Below are positions 26,276 through 35,730 of a DNA stretch of 42,266 bases, piece by piece; position 1 is the stretch's first letter, and each line of letters begins with the position of its first letter. Under the pieces are notes generated by a model that worked only from the letters and a program-made list of their open reading frames with translations, was not told the origin of the DNA and ran no database searches. The position numbers and the translations under genes are program-made. Source of the DNA: Myxococcota bacterium (GTDB lineage Bacteria > Myxococcota > UBA4151). The stretch lies in assembly GCA_040260805.1 (NCBI GenBank), contig JBDQPD010000019.1:1-42266 (forward strand), in the 5' to 3' direction.

Positions 26276-27562
26276 TCAATGGGCATTCCCACTACCACCG
26301 CCACGACGGCGGCGGCGGCGGCGAGGAGGCCGTCCTTTTTGGTCCTGATTCCGACTCTTTTGAGGTGACGCGGCTCGGCGCGGTTTGCGCGCCGTCGCGG
26401 CGGCGGGCACGGCGTGCTGATCGTGGTAATCATGATCTTCATCGACCGTAATGACCACACCCGTCAGCCGCTCAATCGCCCGTAAATAAGCGCCTTCACT
26501 CTCATCGCAAAAGGCAATCGCCAGGCCGCTTTTACCCGCTCGCGCGGTGCGCCCGATTCGATGAACGTAACTCTCGGGCTCGTTGGGCAGGTCGAAATTA
26601 AAGACGTGCGTCACGCCATCAACGTCGATGCCGCGACTGGCAATGTCGGTGGCCACCAAAATGGGAATCTCGCCACTGCGAAAGCCATTCATCGCACGGT
26701 TGCGCGCGTTTTGACTCTTGTTTCCGTGGATTGCAGCGGCGTCGATTCCCGCTTGATCAAGCTGCTTTACGAGCCGGTTGGCGCCGTGTTTGGTTCTCGT
26801 AAACACCATGCCGCAGCGCACATCAAAGTCTTTGATCAGCTCGGCAAGCAGCCTTCTTTTGTCGGCCTTCTTCACGAACATGACCCGCTGCTCGATGCGC
26901 TCAACCGTCACCGTCTCAGGGGTGACCTCAACCCGCACCGCGTCGCGCAAGAAGGAGCCGGCTAACTCAGCGATGCTGCCCGGCATCGTCGCGCTGAACA
27001 AAAGGTTCTGACGACTCTTGGGCAGAATCCGCAACACCTTACGGATGTCGTGAATGAAGCCCATGTCCAGCATACGATCCGCTTCATCGAGGACGAAGAA
27101 CTCAACCTCAGTCAAATCGATGTACCCCTGACCCACCAGGTCCAAGAGGCGCCCAGGCGTTGCCACCAAAATATCTAAGCCTCGACGCAGCGCCCGCACC
27201 TGCGGGTTCTGATTCACGCCACCAAAAATAACCATATGGCGCAGATCAAGCTCCGTAGAGTACGCAGCAAACCGATCACCGATTTGAGCAGCAAGCTCGC
27301 GCGTCGGAGACAAAACCAAGGCGCGAATCTTGCGTTTCGAGCGTGGCTGTACACCGAGCATCGCTTGCAACACCGGCAACGCGAAGGCGGCTGTTTTTCC
27401 GGTGCCGGTTTGAGCAACACCGAGTACATCTTTACCCTGCAGCAAGGGCGGAATCGCTAACTCCTGAACCGGAGTCGGCACCTCATAGCCCTCAGTGGTC
27501 AATGCTTTAAGAAGTGACTCGGCGAGGCCGAGGTCAGCAAAGGTCGTCATTAAGTTACCCAT
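26276..27562 (-). CDS. rhlE: DEAD-box ATP-dependent RNA helicase, RhlE-like
   Basis: Q-motif [49 protein letters not shown] and [10 protein letters not shown]. Arg-rich tail. Start may be ATG 27550. Confidence 0.9.
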   Translation of the reverse strand: MGNLMTTFADLGLAESLLKALTTEGYEVPTPVQELAIPPLLQGKDVLGVAQTGTGKTAAFALPVLQAMLGVQPRSKRKIRALVLSPTRELAAQIGDRFAAYSTELDLRHMVIFGGVNQNPQVRALRRGLDILVATPGRLLDLVGQGYIDLTEVEFFVLDEADRMLDMGFIHDIRKVLRILPKSRQNLLFSATMPGSIAELAGSFLRDAVRVEVTPETVTVERIEQRVMFVKKADKRRLLAELIKDFDVRCGMVFTRTKHGANRLVKQLDQAGIDAAAIHGNKSQNARNRAMNGFRSGEIPILVATDIASRGIDVDGVTHVFNFDLPNEPESYVHRIGRTARAGKSGLAIAFCDESEGAYLRAIERLTGVVITVDEDHDYHDQHAVPAAATARKPRRAASPQKSRNQDQKGRPPRRRRRRRGGGSGNAH

Positions 27563-27737
27563 CTCAGCGCGCCTTGCGCTGATTCAACGCGCTACTCGAA
27601 TCCGTCGGTAGGCGCTCTAACGGCCGGCTGCTAACCCCGATGAACGCTCAGAGCAAGCATTGACCCCAACCCAAGGGCTAAACCTTCGGTGATTCGGCTA
27701 ACTTTGAACGGCGAACCGAAATTCTTCGAGACGAGCG

Positions 27738-28766
27738 CTACTGGAGTAGGTCGCGATAGGTGTCGAGCTGTTCGAGCGCGACGAGCACACCATGAACGAC
27801 CGCGTGCAAAGGGGTCTCTGCGCAGCGAACTTTGAGCCCTTGGGTGACTTCGGTCAGGTGCGCGTCCAACCCAAGCAGCTGAGAGCCGCCCCCTGCCAGC
27901 AAAATACCATGCTCCATCAGGTCACTCGCTAGCTCAGGGTCGGTCTCTTCGAGCACCTTACGCACCGCCTGATCAATCTCGGCAATGCATCCAGAGATCG
28001 CTTCGCGAACATCAACGGAGGTCACCACTTCCGAGCGAGGAACCCCCTGCAGCGCATCACGACCCCGAACATCCATCTCGAGTTCTTCCTCGAGAGGGTG
28101 CGCCGAACCGATCTTCATTTTGATTTTTTCGGCGGTCGGCAAGCCGACCAAAATACCTTTACGCTCGCGAATGAACTGCTGAATCGCTAAATCCATCGCG
28201 TCGCCCGCTGTGCGCAGCGTATACTCGGTCGCCATCGCCCCTAAGCTGATCACCGCAACGTCCGTGGTTCCGCCACCGATGTCGACGATCATCGACCCGC
28301 GCGGCTCGCTCACCGGGAGGCCGGCGCCAATCGCGGCCGCCATGGGCTGCTCGATCAGATGCACCTCTTTCACGCCTGCTTTTAGAGCCGCATCGCGCAC
28401 CGCTTTGCGCTCCACCTGAGTGATACCCGCGGGAACAGAGATCAGCATCCGAGCGCGTAAGGGTCTTCTCCCGACTGCCTTTTCAATGAACCGGCGGATC
28501 ATCTCCTCGGTCACATCAACGTCAGAGATAACCCCTTCTCGCATCGGGCGGATCGCTTTGATCGCAGCCGGAGTCTTACCCAGCATGTCCTTCGCTTCAC
28601 GACCTACAGCCTGGACCTTGGTGGGCCGAGAGCCTTTGCGAATCGCAACGACCGAGGGCTCATCTAAAACAATGCCCTGTCCGCGCACCGCAACGACCGT
28701 ATTCGCCGTGCCGAGATCGATCGCAAGATCGGTGGTCAAGGCCAGACGCGAAAACCAGTTGGACAA
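27738..28766 (-). CDS. mreB: Rod shape-determining actin homolog
   Basis: LAIDLGTANT, DEPSVVA, IRPMREGVISD, VDIGGGTTDVAVISLG, TAEKIK and LAGGGSQL motifs. Amphipathic N-terminus MSNWFSRL. TTG start with GGAG SD. Confidence 0.93.
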   Translation of the reverse strand: MSNWFSRLALTTDLAIDLGTANTVVAVRGQGIVLDEPSVVAIRKGSRPTKVQAVGREAKDMLGKTPAAIKAIRPMREGVISDVDVTEEMIRRFIEKAVGRRPLRARMLISVPAGITQVERKAVRDAALKAGVKEVHLIEQPMAAAIGAGLPVSEPRGSMIVDIGGGTTDVAVISLGAMATEYTLRTAGDAMDLAIQQFIRERKGILVGLPTAEKIKMKIGSAHPLEEELEMDVRGRDALQGVPRSEVVTSVDVREAISGCIAEIDQAVRKVLEETDPELASDLMEHGILLAGGGSQLLGLDAHLTEVTQGLKVRCAETPLHAVVHGVLVALEQLDTYRDLLQ

Positions 28767-28786
28767 AGTTAACTCCGGTGCTGTGA

Positions 28787-28820
28787 CAAGGGATTTGGAC
28801 CCTTGCTCTTAAGCTGTCAA
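28787..28820 (-). promoter_or_regulatory. Possible mreB promoter/operator region
   Basis: Perfect -35 TTGACA (28820-28815). The expected -10 position lies within the inverted repeat CAAGGG-N7-CCCTTG (28787-28805), and the -10 match is poor. Confidence 0.3.
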
Positions 28821-28837
28821 TGACTGCCGCTGCTCGC

Positions 28838-29875
28838 TCACTTACCCAAGAGGCGAAGACGCTGAATTGAACGACTCACTCGAGCGTTGGCGTCGAGTCG
28901 TTTGGGCCGTTTCGCTTGGAGCCAAAACCAAGGCGAGCGGATGGGGTTGTTGGCGCGCTTTTGCAGCGCATGATGAACCACACTGCCTTGATCATCGACC
29001 TTCATGTCCATCCGAACCGTGTCGCGTCCGTTGACTCGAACCAAACACCGGAGTTTGCCAGCACCGAGTTTTTTGAGCTGCTTCACTCCGGCGCCGCTTC
29101 GGGCTCGAATGGTCGTCCAAACGCCGTCATCGTCAATCACTTCAAAAGATTCACTGGTCTTACCGACTTGCTCTTTTCCGCGCTGACATTTGGTCGAGAT
29201 TGTCTCGATAGGAAACGGCGGTTTCGCCTTGGCTTGGCGCTTGGGGTTGCGATGCAAAGCGTTAGCCGCTGAGCGTCGTTTCAAGGTCAAACGAAAGGTC
29301 AAACGGCGCCCCTCAAACTCAGCCCAGTGCTCACCCGTGAGGTAATCTTTATCTAAGCACAGTCCAAAGCTGCAGGGAAAGACGCTGAATCGCCCCTTAC
29401 GCAGCAAGTGAGGTTTTTCTCCACGTAGATGCTCAATTCGGAAACGATACTGACCTCTCCGAACCGGCAACTCGCCCGCTTTTTGGTCGACGCGTGCTCG
29501 ACACGTCACCCGCGTTCCCGTCCTACGACTGGCTCGCTGCGGACAGCGCACCGCCTTGCCGAGCGGGCGACCGCCCGCCGAGAACAAACGCAGCCGAATC
29601 GAGTCATCGGTGGCGAACAGGCCGTGCAAGGCAAAGGCGACGCCGACACGCACAGGACCCACGCCCCGACCATTATCCAGTTCGATCGCCAAACTCGAGT
29701 CGATCAGCTCAGGACGCTCACCCTCGCCAGGTGCCTGAGGCAGCGCACTCGGTCCCTTTTTCGGTTTGACCTTAGGGCTCGCCGAGCGGCGTTCAATTCG
29801 GTCGGTAGGGGCTTTGCGCGACCCACCGGTCGTCAAGCAGCCAGTGAGCAATAATAAGAATCCGGCACGCAGCAT
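28838..29875 (-). CDS. Hypothetical, strongly basic lipoprotein
   Basis: Signal MLRAGFLLLLTG-C with GGAGG SD upstream. Arg/Lys-rich beta-strand-like mature region with paired Cys. Confidence 0.78.
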   Translation of the reverse strand: MLRAGFLLLLTGCLTTGGSRKAPTDRIERRSASPKVKPKKGPSALPQAPGEGERPELIDSSLAIELDNGRGVGPVRVGVAFALHGLFATDDSIRLRLFSAGGRPLGKAVRCPQRASRRTGTRVTCRARVDQKAGELPVRRGQYRFRIEHLRGEKPHLLRKGRFSVFPCSFGLCLDKDYLTGEHWAEFEGRRLTFRLTLKRRSAANALHRNPKRQAKAKPPFPIETISTKCQRGKEQVGKTSESFEVIDDDGVWTTIRARSGAGVKQLKKLGAGKLRCLVRVNGRDTVRMDMKVDDQGSVVHHALQKRANNPIRSPWFWLQAKRPKRLDANARVSRSIQRLRLLGK

Positions 29876-29935
29876 GGATGCGGCCTCCAGTTTGCAACAG
29901 GCTTGTGATAGGTAGGTCCGTGACGCCTGGCAAGC

Positions 29936-30910
29936 TTAGGAAGTGACCGGCGTGACCCTGGGCTTGGTCCACGACCAAGCCATAATCGGTTGATCGACGC
30001 CGCGCAGTTCAAGACGGTGATGAACCTTCATACCCCAAGGCGGGTTATCAAGCAGTTCGTAACTGCGGTGATCCATCAACAAGTCGACGCTGAGTTCACG
30101 CGTCGAATGCTCCAACCGAGCGGCTCGATTCACGGCGGCTCCGATCACCGTAAATGAGCGCCTATCCGATCCACCGAGGGTCCCGGCTACGACCTCGCCA
30201 AAAGACAAGCCAACGCTCGGCCTCAGGCTCGGCAGGCCACGCTCTGAGAGTTGTTCATTGATGTGCTCCATACGCTCGATCATCACCTGAGCGCAGTCGC
30301 ACGCGCTCTGCGCTGGATTATCAAGGCCACTCAAAACACCAAAGGTCGCCATCACGTTATCACCGATAAACTTATCGACCACCCCGCCAGCCTGCGAGAC
30401 CACCTCGGCCATTTGTCGAAGGTACACATTGAGGAGACGCATCACATAAGCACCGCCAAGATGCTCCGTCGCGTTGGTAAACCCGCGCAGATCAAAAAAC
30501 AAGATCGCGCCCGAAACAGTTTGTGCGAGCTCAATGCTGCCTGCGGGGTTTTGTAGATCCTCAGCGTTTTTAAGTTTTTCGATCACCGAGGCGCCGACAT
30601 AAGCGGTCAAGACCTCGCTTTGCCAGCGCATGAGGATCTCATCTGGCGAATCGTCAAGATGCCCGTTGCCCCTTAATTCCTGAATGGCTTCATAGGGATA
30701 GGTCTCGAGAAGATTTTGAAGATCAGAAAATCCAAGCTGAGGGGGCTCAGAATGGGTTGGCTCGGGTTCCGTTTTAGGAGTGGGTGTCGAAGGCTTAATA
30801 TGCCGAAGCACGCGCTTTGCCGGTCGGCTGCCAATCGAAAGCCCCAACACCACGGCAAAAAGGATCGCCAGCAGGATGAGGAGGACCAAGATAAAAGGGT
30901 CCCCAACCAC
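29936..30910 (-). CDS. Class III adenylate/guanylate cyclase with N-terminal TM helix
   Basis: ILFFDLRGFT, VDKFIGDNVMATFG and FTVIGAAVNRAARLE give both metal Asp, the Lys/Thr specificity pair (ATP-type) and the Asn/Arg pair. GTG 30910 chosen to avoid a 64-nt overlap with queE. Confidence 0.88.
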   Translation of the reverse strand: MVGDPFILVLLILLAILFAVVLGLSIGSRPAKRVLRHIKPSTPTPKTEPEPTHSEPPQLGFSDLQNLLETYPYEAIQELRGNGHLDDSPDEILMRWQSEVLTAYVGASVIEKLKNAEDLQNPAGSIELAQTVSGAILFFDLRGFTNATEHLGGAYVMRLLNVYLRQMAEVVSQAGGVVDKFIGDNVMATFGVLSGLDNPAQSACDCAQVMIERMEHINEQLSERGLPSLRPSVGLSFGEVVAGTLGGSDRRSFTVIGAAVNRAARLEHSTRELSVDLLMDHRSYELLDNPPWGMKVHHRLELRGVDQPIMAWSWTKPRVTPVTS

Positions 30911-30918
30911 CCTTTGCG

Positions 30919-31548
30919 CTAGGGTAGTCCACAGACTTTGTGCTGCTGCAGGGATAGCCTCCACGGCGGTTGCTCCAAGCAATACTCAATGGTCTGAGTA
31001 AGATGATCCGAATAGTTGTCACCATCTTTGGGCTGCAAGAGCCAATTGGCAAAATTCAAACCCAAGAAGTCGCTTGGGTTTAATTCTTGGGGCCAGACCA
31101 ACTTAAGCTCGTCGCCTTGTGTCTGGACGATGGGCGCTCCCGCTTTCGGTGAGACGCAGAGCCAATCGATCCCGGCGGGTGCTTGGATCGTACCGTTGGT
31201 TTCAACTGCGATCTCTATGCCCTTGGATTTGACGGCTTCAATCAACGCCCGATCAAGCTGCAATAAGGGCTCGCCACCCGTGAAGACCACAAACGGACAA
31301 GCCCCTGCCCCAGCCCAAGTCTCAAGGATTTGGTGCGCCAGCTCGGAGGGCGTCTCAAAGCGTCCTCCCCCCGGTCCATCGGTCCCGACAAAGTCGGTAT
31401 CACAGAACTGGCAGATCGCCTGAGCTCGACTGGCCTCGTGTCCATTCCAAAGATTGCAGCCCGTAAAGCGCACAAACACAGCCCTTCGGCCGCTGTGCAC
31501 ACCCTCACCTTGAAGGGTCAGAAAGATCTCTTTGACCGAATAGGCCAC
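30919..31548 (-). CDS. queE: 7-carboxy-7-deazaguanine synthase (radical SAM)
   Basis: YSVKEIFLTLQGEG, CX14CX2C motif (CNLWNGHEASRAQAICQFCDTDF), TGGEPLLQ, ETNGT, VSPK and WRLSLQQHK. Confidence 0.96.
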   Translation of the reverse strand: MAYSVKEIFLTLQGEGVHSGRRAVFVRFTGCNLWNGHEASRAQAICQFCDTDFVGTDGPGGGRFETPSELAHQILETWAGAGACPFVVFTGGEPLLQLDRALIEAVKSKGIEIAVETNGTIQAPAGIDWLCVSPKAGAPIVQTQGDELKLVWPQELNPSDFLGLNFANWLLQPKDGDNYSDHLTQTIEYCLEQPPWRLSLQQHKVCGLP

Positions 31549-31556
31549 AACGCATC

Positions 31557-32252
31557 CTAACGATAAGGTATAGGGTCTACTTGGCCGACTTCTTCAAAGG
31601 CTGCCAGGCGAAGCTTGCACGCATCGCAACCTCCGCACGATCGACCGTCATCGCCGACCTCATAGCATGACCGCGTCAGACCATAGTCCAAACCCAGCCC
31701 TAAGCCCGTTTCAATGATCTCAGCTTTGGTCATATGTAGAAGCGGCGCATGCACCTGATAGGGTTGGCCACCATCAGCAGCTTTGGTGGCGGCGTTGGCT
31801 AAACGCTCAAAGGCAGCGATAAAGTCAGGCCTGCAATCCGGGTACCCGCTGTAATCGAGTGCATTGACGCCTAAGAACAAGTGGCGAAGCTCGAGGCTCT
31901 CAGCCAGCGCCAAAGCGAGGCTCAAAAATACTGTGTTTCGAGCCGGCACATAGGTCGTCGGGATACCGCTCCCGATCGCCTCCAGACTGCGACCTTTGGG
32001 TACGTCGAGCGCGGCGTCTGTCAAAGAGGACTGTCCGAACAATCCTAAATTGACCTGGAACACAGTGTGCGATGCTAACTTGAAGTGCTCGGCGAGCTCT
32101 GCTGCTCGCTCCAACTCAACGCGTTGCTTTTGGCCGTAGTCAAAGCTCAAACCATGGAGCGTCCAGCCCTCGGCGAGCGCCATGGAAGCGACGGTGGCTG
32201 AATCCAAACCACCGCTGAGCAACAACACGCCCTGCTTGGCCTTAGTCAACAT
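31557..32252 (-). CDS. queC: 7-cyano-7-deazaguanine synthase
   Basis: LLSGGLDSAT PP-loop, SFDYGQ, TYVPARNTVFLS, DYSGYPDCRP and zinc site SCY...CGGCDACKLR. Confidence 0.96.
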   Translation of the reverse strand: MLTKAKQGVLLLSGGLDSATVASMALAEGWTLHGLSFDYGQKQRVELERAAELAEHFKLASHTVFQVNLGLFGQSSLTDAALDVPKGRSLEAIGSGIPTTYVPARNTVFLSLALALAESLELRHLFLGVNALDYSGYPDCRPDFIAAFERLANAATKAADGGQPYQVHAPLLHMTKAEIIETGLGLGLDYGLTRSCYEVGDDGRSCGGCDACKLRLAAFEEVGQVDPIPYR

Positions 32253-33192
32253 GACTCTTGCGTACTTTGATCCGCGGGCGGTTGGTGCGGCCTGTCACCG
32301 ACAGCCCTAGCCAACCCTTTTTCGAAAAGCTCCGCTTAATTCGAGACGGCAGCAGCGGAGACTTTGGATCCAAAGCGGTCAGTAAATTTTTACCCTCTTG
32401 AGTCGCTTTGAGTTTGTCGGTGGGGTGAAGATCAAAGGCGAGATCCATGCGACCGGCCCCGCGCCGGCCGACGAAGGCGAGTGTCCCCTCGCCCGCTAGC
32501 TCCACATCACCGCCAGTGACCTTGAACTTTTTGAGCTCAAGCTCTCCTTTGTTGATCTCTAAATCGATGGGCAGATCACCAACGGTTGCTGGCGGCAGAG
32601 TCAGCGATGAGCCAAACCCAGGAATAGGCACCTCACCGGGCCCGATACCCGCCGATTTAATCTCTAAACCGACGGTGCCGCTCAAGCCCCGCATGCCGGC
32701 TGGTTTTTCGGCGAACTTAAGCTTGGCGTCTCCTTCAGCTTTACCACTCAGGCCCACCTTAACCAGCTTCTGTAAGGGCATAATCCGGCCCAAATCGAGA
32801 TCGTCAATTTCAAGCTCGAGTTGCCGGTCAGCATAACGCCCACCGATCGAGCCATCGTAGGCGTCGACCTTAAAGCGAGCGCTCGGGTTCTTCGGGTCAA
32901 AGCTGAACCCATCCAAGCCCACCCAAACCCGCTTGAATTGCCAGGGCAGATTCGGGTCGCCTTTTTTAGTCACCAGCTCGACGCCCTCTAAAGCCACTCC
33001 AAGCCCCGACAAAGACGCTCCAGTGGCGGCAAAGGTCTTGAGCGAGCCGCTCTTATTGATGGCGACCTCAACCTCAGCGACGAGCGCATCAGACGGATAG
33101 GTCCAAACCAGCGACATCATGAAAAAGAACAGCGTCCACGAGATGTAAAACGAGACCCGAAGGCCCTTGCGTTGCCATAACTTGCCCATCAC
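32242..33192 (-). CDS. gspN: Type II secretion system protein N (deltaproteobacterial type)
   Basis: N-terminal TM followed by T[YF]P motif and a beta-rich periplasmic body. Last gene of the gsp series. Confidence 0.75.
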   Translation of the reverse strand: MMGKLWQRKGLRVSFYISWTLFFFMMSLVWTYPSDALVAEVEVAINKSGSLKTFAATGASLSGLGVALEGVELVTKKGDPNLPWQFKRVWVGLDGFSFDPKNPSARFKVDAYDGSIGGRYADRQLELEIDDLDLGRIMPLQKLVKVGLSGKAEGDAKLKFAEKPAGMRGLSGTVGLEIKSAGIGPGEVPIPGFGSSLTLPPATVGDLPIDLEINKGELELKKFKVTGGDVELAGEGTLAFVGRRGAGRMDLAFDLHPTDKLKATQEGKNLLTALDPKSPLLPSRIKRSFSKKGWLGLSVTGRTNRPRIKVRKSHVD

Positions 33193-33734
33193 GAGTTCCT
33201 CCGCCAGGTCGACATCACAAAGATCGCCTTGACCTGTTCACGGTTGTCAAACTGAGTCTTTAAACTGAGCTCGCGCACACGGATCAAATCCCCTGATCGG
33301 TTCTCAAGAAGTTTACTCATCAGCTCGGTGAATCGGTCCATCGTGATCGCTTTGATGGTGATCCTAAGTCGCTCTTCTCTGAGCTCATCGCCTTTCGCCG
33401 GAGCCGGGCTCTGGTTTTTCATGTCCTGAATATCGATACCGAGGCTGCCGGCAGCCGCTTCGATATCGCTCTCACGTTGGACTCGACTGGTGCGAATTCG
33501 TCGCTCCAGCGCCTCTTTTTGCGCCTTCGCCGAGACGAATTTTTCGGCGAGCGTGAGGACCTCTTTGTATTGATTTTCAGCCAGCGCCGCGGTGCGCGCC
33601 GAGGAGCGACTCATCGAGCGCATGCCCATACCGCCAAAGAGTAAACCCATCACCGCGGTAAAGGCGACCAAGATGGTTAGAGCCCGCTTGTCGCTCGGCG
33701 AAAGATTAGAGAACGCATCCATTAAAGGTTTCAT
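33189..33734 (-). CDS. gspM: Type II secretion system protein M
   Basis: FSNLSPSDKRAL followed by a TM helix, coiled coil and ferredoxin-like C-terminal domain. Positioned after gspL. Confidence 0.78.
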   Translation of the reverse strand: MKPLMDAFSNLSPSDKRALTILVAFTAVMGLLFGGMGMRSMSRSSARTAALAENQYKEVLTLAEKFVSAKAQKEALERRIRTSRVQRESDIEAAAGSLGIDIQDMKNQSPAPAKGDELREERLRITIKAITMDRFTELMSKLLENRSGDLIRVRELSLKTQFDNREQVKAIFVMSTWRRNS

Positions 33735-35728
33735 CAGTCGTCCTCCTCCTCATCGTCATCGTCATCGGTCGGTGGCGCCGCCAAGGCATCCTCAGGCAGC
33801 TTCATCACACTCCCGACGCCGCCGGGCAGTTTAAGCGAGCCCCCTGGAAAGGGCTTAATGGAGGGATAAGGATCAGGGATCGAAGAGGGCACAACCAGCC
33901 CCGTCTTCGGATCAACGATCGGCTCATCATAGGGCGGCGGCTCCGCAGCAGAGTCCGTTTGGTCCTCAGCGTCTTCGCCAGGCCCCTCAACGACCTTCGC
34001 TTCGTCGCCAGAAGCTCGAATTCTCTTTTGTTGCCGAGCCTGCGCAGCGCTTTGTCCTGAGGCGTTATTTTGCTTACGCGCCGGCAGCTCAAATTTCTTG
34101 GTCGTTCCTTTGACCGGAGCGCTTGATGGCTTAGCGACTGCGCTGTCTGTTTTCTTTTGTTCAGGCGACGATGCGGCGCCTGAAGCCGTCGAATCGGCGC
34201 TGCTCGCCTTACCCGGTTCAGTCGCGTTAGGCTTGACCGAGCAGTCGATCCGACCGGTGAGCGAAAACATCACTCGATCACCTTTTTTGACCGTCTTATC
34301 TGCTCTTAAACCGACGATGCACCGAACCACGGCTAACGCATCAACAAGCAGCCGCGACTGCTGAAACCCCGTCGTCGTTCCGGCTAGACGGATGGTCCGA
34401 TCATCGATCCTAATATCATCGAGTTTGATCTCGAGATCCGACGGCACCGCTTGCGAAATTCGCGACAACAGATCGATCGCATCAAAGCGCGGTATGTCAC
34501 CGGCACCGGTGCCTGCAATCGTCTCGTTCATCTTCGCTAAACATTGCACGGCGTTTGCCCCTTCAATGCCCGCGATCTGAGTACAGGCTTGACGTCGAGC
34601 GGACTCAAACCGAGCGGCGCGCGCATCCCGCGCCGAGACCCCAGCGAAGAACTGCATAAAGACCAAAACCAGAACCGCAGCTGCCCATCCGGCGACGGGT
34701 CGAAAGCCACGTAGAACCTTCATCACATCGGTCGTGTGTGCCAGATCGCCAGCGCGCAGGTTCACCGGACGAAAACCGCCGCCTTTAACCAACGCGCGCA
34801 GGTGACCAACCTCCGCCGCCATCGCGCAAGCCTCTTGGGGGTTGGGCGTCAGCGAGTCGACCGCCTCCACGCGAAAAACACGCAAACCGGTGCGATCATG
34901 CAAGCGCTCAACCAGGCCGGTCAGGCAGGCTGCGCCGCCGCTCAAGTGGATCGTGGCATCACGCCAACCTGAGAGCCGAAGCCCGCCCCGAACCGCGCGC
35001 TGCACATGCTCGGTAAATGCTTCAACGGCCGGCGCAAGAGCGGCGCGACCTTCTTCGGTTTCCCCTTCGGACACCTTTGCATGCTCGGCTTCATCGAGAT
35101 CGAGCAAATGACTGCGACGAAGTTCGGAGGTGACCAGGTCGCCGCCGCCAGGCAAGGTGACCATGCTCGCAAACGAGCCGTCTTCCACCGCCACGATATC
35201 GATCTGTTCTTTGCCTAAATCGAGCACCAGATGGCGACCGCTTGCGCACAGGTCAACCGGGACGGCACCGAATGCACTCGGTACGACCGAAGCGGTCTCG
35301 ATACGCCGCTCTTGAAAGGTGTCAATCAAGGACTCAAGGACATCACGCCTTGTGACAAAAGCGAGGATATCAGTTCCCTCTTCGGACTTACGCAAGAGGG
35401 GTGAAACCACCACCTCGTCGCTTCGAAATGGCAACGCATTCTCGAGCTCAAACTCAAGCGTCATCCGGACCTTACGCAGATCCTTGAGCGGGCTTTGCAT
35501 CCGATGAAAAGCCACCAAATCGCCGCTGAGCGCGAGCTGCCAGCGACCGGGGGTCAAAATGCCCTCTTCGAGCAAGCGATCCAAAACAGCCGGCAGACTC
35601 TCCAAGCCGTCAGCGAGTGGCTCTTCATGCCGCGCTAAACGCGGCTCGTCTCGGCGTTCACCTGGATCAGCGGTCAGCACCCGAAGGCGCTTCATGCTCA
35701 AATCAATCAGGCCTAAATGTGCGGCCAT
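33734..35728 (-). CDS. gspL: Type II secretion system protein L (PilM-like plus PilN-like domains) with long low-complexity C-terminal tail
   Basis: Actin-like motifs LEFELENALPF, LVLDLGKEQID, GGGDLVT, AEHAK and LSGGAA, then VNLRAG, a TM helix and a PilN-like domain. ATG 35728 has an AGGAG SD. Confidence 0.82.
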   Translation of the reverse strand: MAAHLGLIDLSMKRLRVLTADPGERRDEPRLARHEEPLADGLESLPAVLDRLLEEGILTPGRWQLALSGDLVAFHRMQSPLKDLRKVRMTLEFELENALPFRSDEVVVSPLLRKSEEGTDILAFVTRRDVLESLIDTFQERRIETASVVPSAFGAVPVDLCASGRHLVLDLGKEQIDIVAVEDGSFASMVTLPGGGDLVTSELRRSHLLDLDEAEHAKVSEGETEEGRAALAPAVEAFTEHVQRAVRGGLRLSGWRDATIHLSGGAACLTGLVERLHDRTGLRVFRVEAVDSLTPNPQEACAMAAEVGHLRALVKGGGFRPVNLRAGDLAHTTDVMKVLRGFRPVAGWAAAVLVLVFMQFFAGVSARDARAARFESARRQACTQIAGIEGANAVQCLAKMNETIAGTGAGDIPRFDAIDLLSRISQAVPSDLEIKLDDIRIDDRTIRLAGTTTGFQQSRLLVDALAVVRCIVGLRADKTVKKGDRVMFSLTGRIDCSVKPNATEPGKASSADSTASGAASSPEQKKTDSAVAKPSSAPVKGTTKKFELPARKQNNASGQSAAQARQQKRIRASGDEAKVVEGPGEDAEDQTDSAAEPPPYDEPIVDPKTGLVVPSSIPDPYPSIKPFPGGSLKLPGGVGSVMKLPEDALAAPPTDDDDDEEEDD

Positions 35729-35730
35729 CC

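Noticed and set aside
26290..26335. (GGC)n microsatellite at the rhlE 3' end as a phase-variation tract
   Set aside because: In-frame trinucleotide run encoding the usual Arg/Gly-rich helicase tail. Length change would not shift the frame.
30911..30982. Long overlap of the cyclase ORF with queE
   Set aside because: An in-frame GTG at 30910 just after the queE stop gives a sensible TM-first protein without overlap.
31395..31460. Non-canonical CX14CX2C radical SAM motif in QueE
   Set aside because: Already described for Burkholderia-type QueE. It supports the call but is not new.
30919..32252. 7-deazaguanine DNA-modification (dpd) defence island
   Set aside because: No dpdA/tgt paralog or other dpd genes in the window. 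tRNA queuosine synthesis is the simpler explanation.
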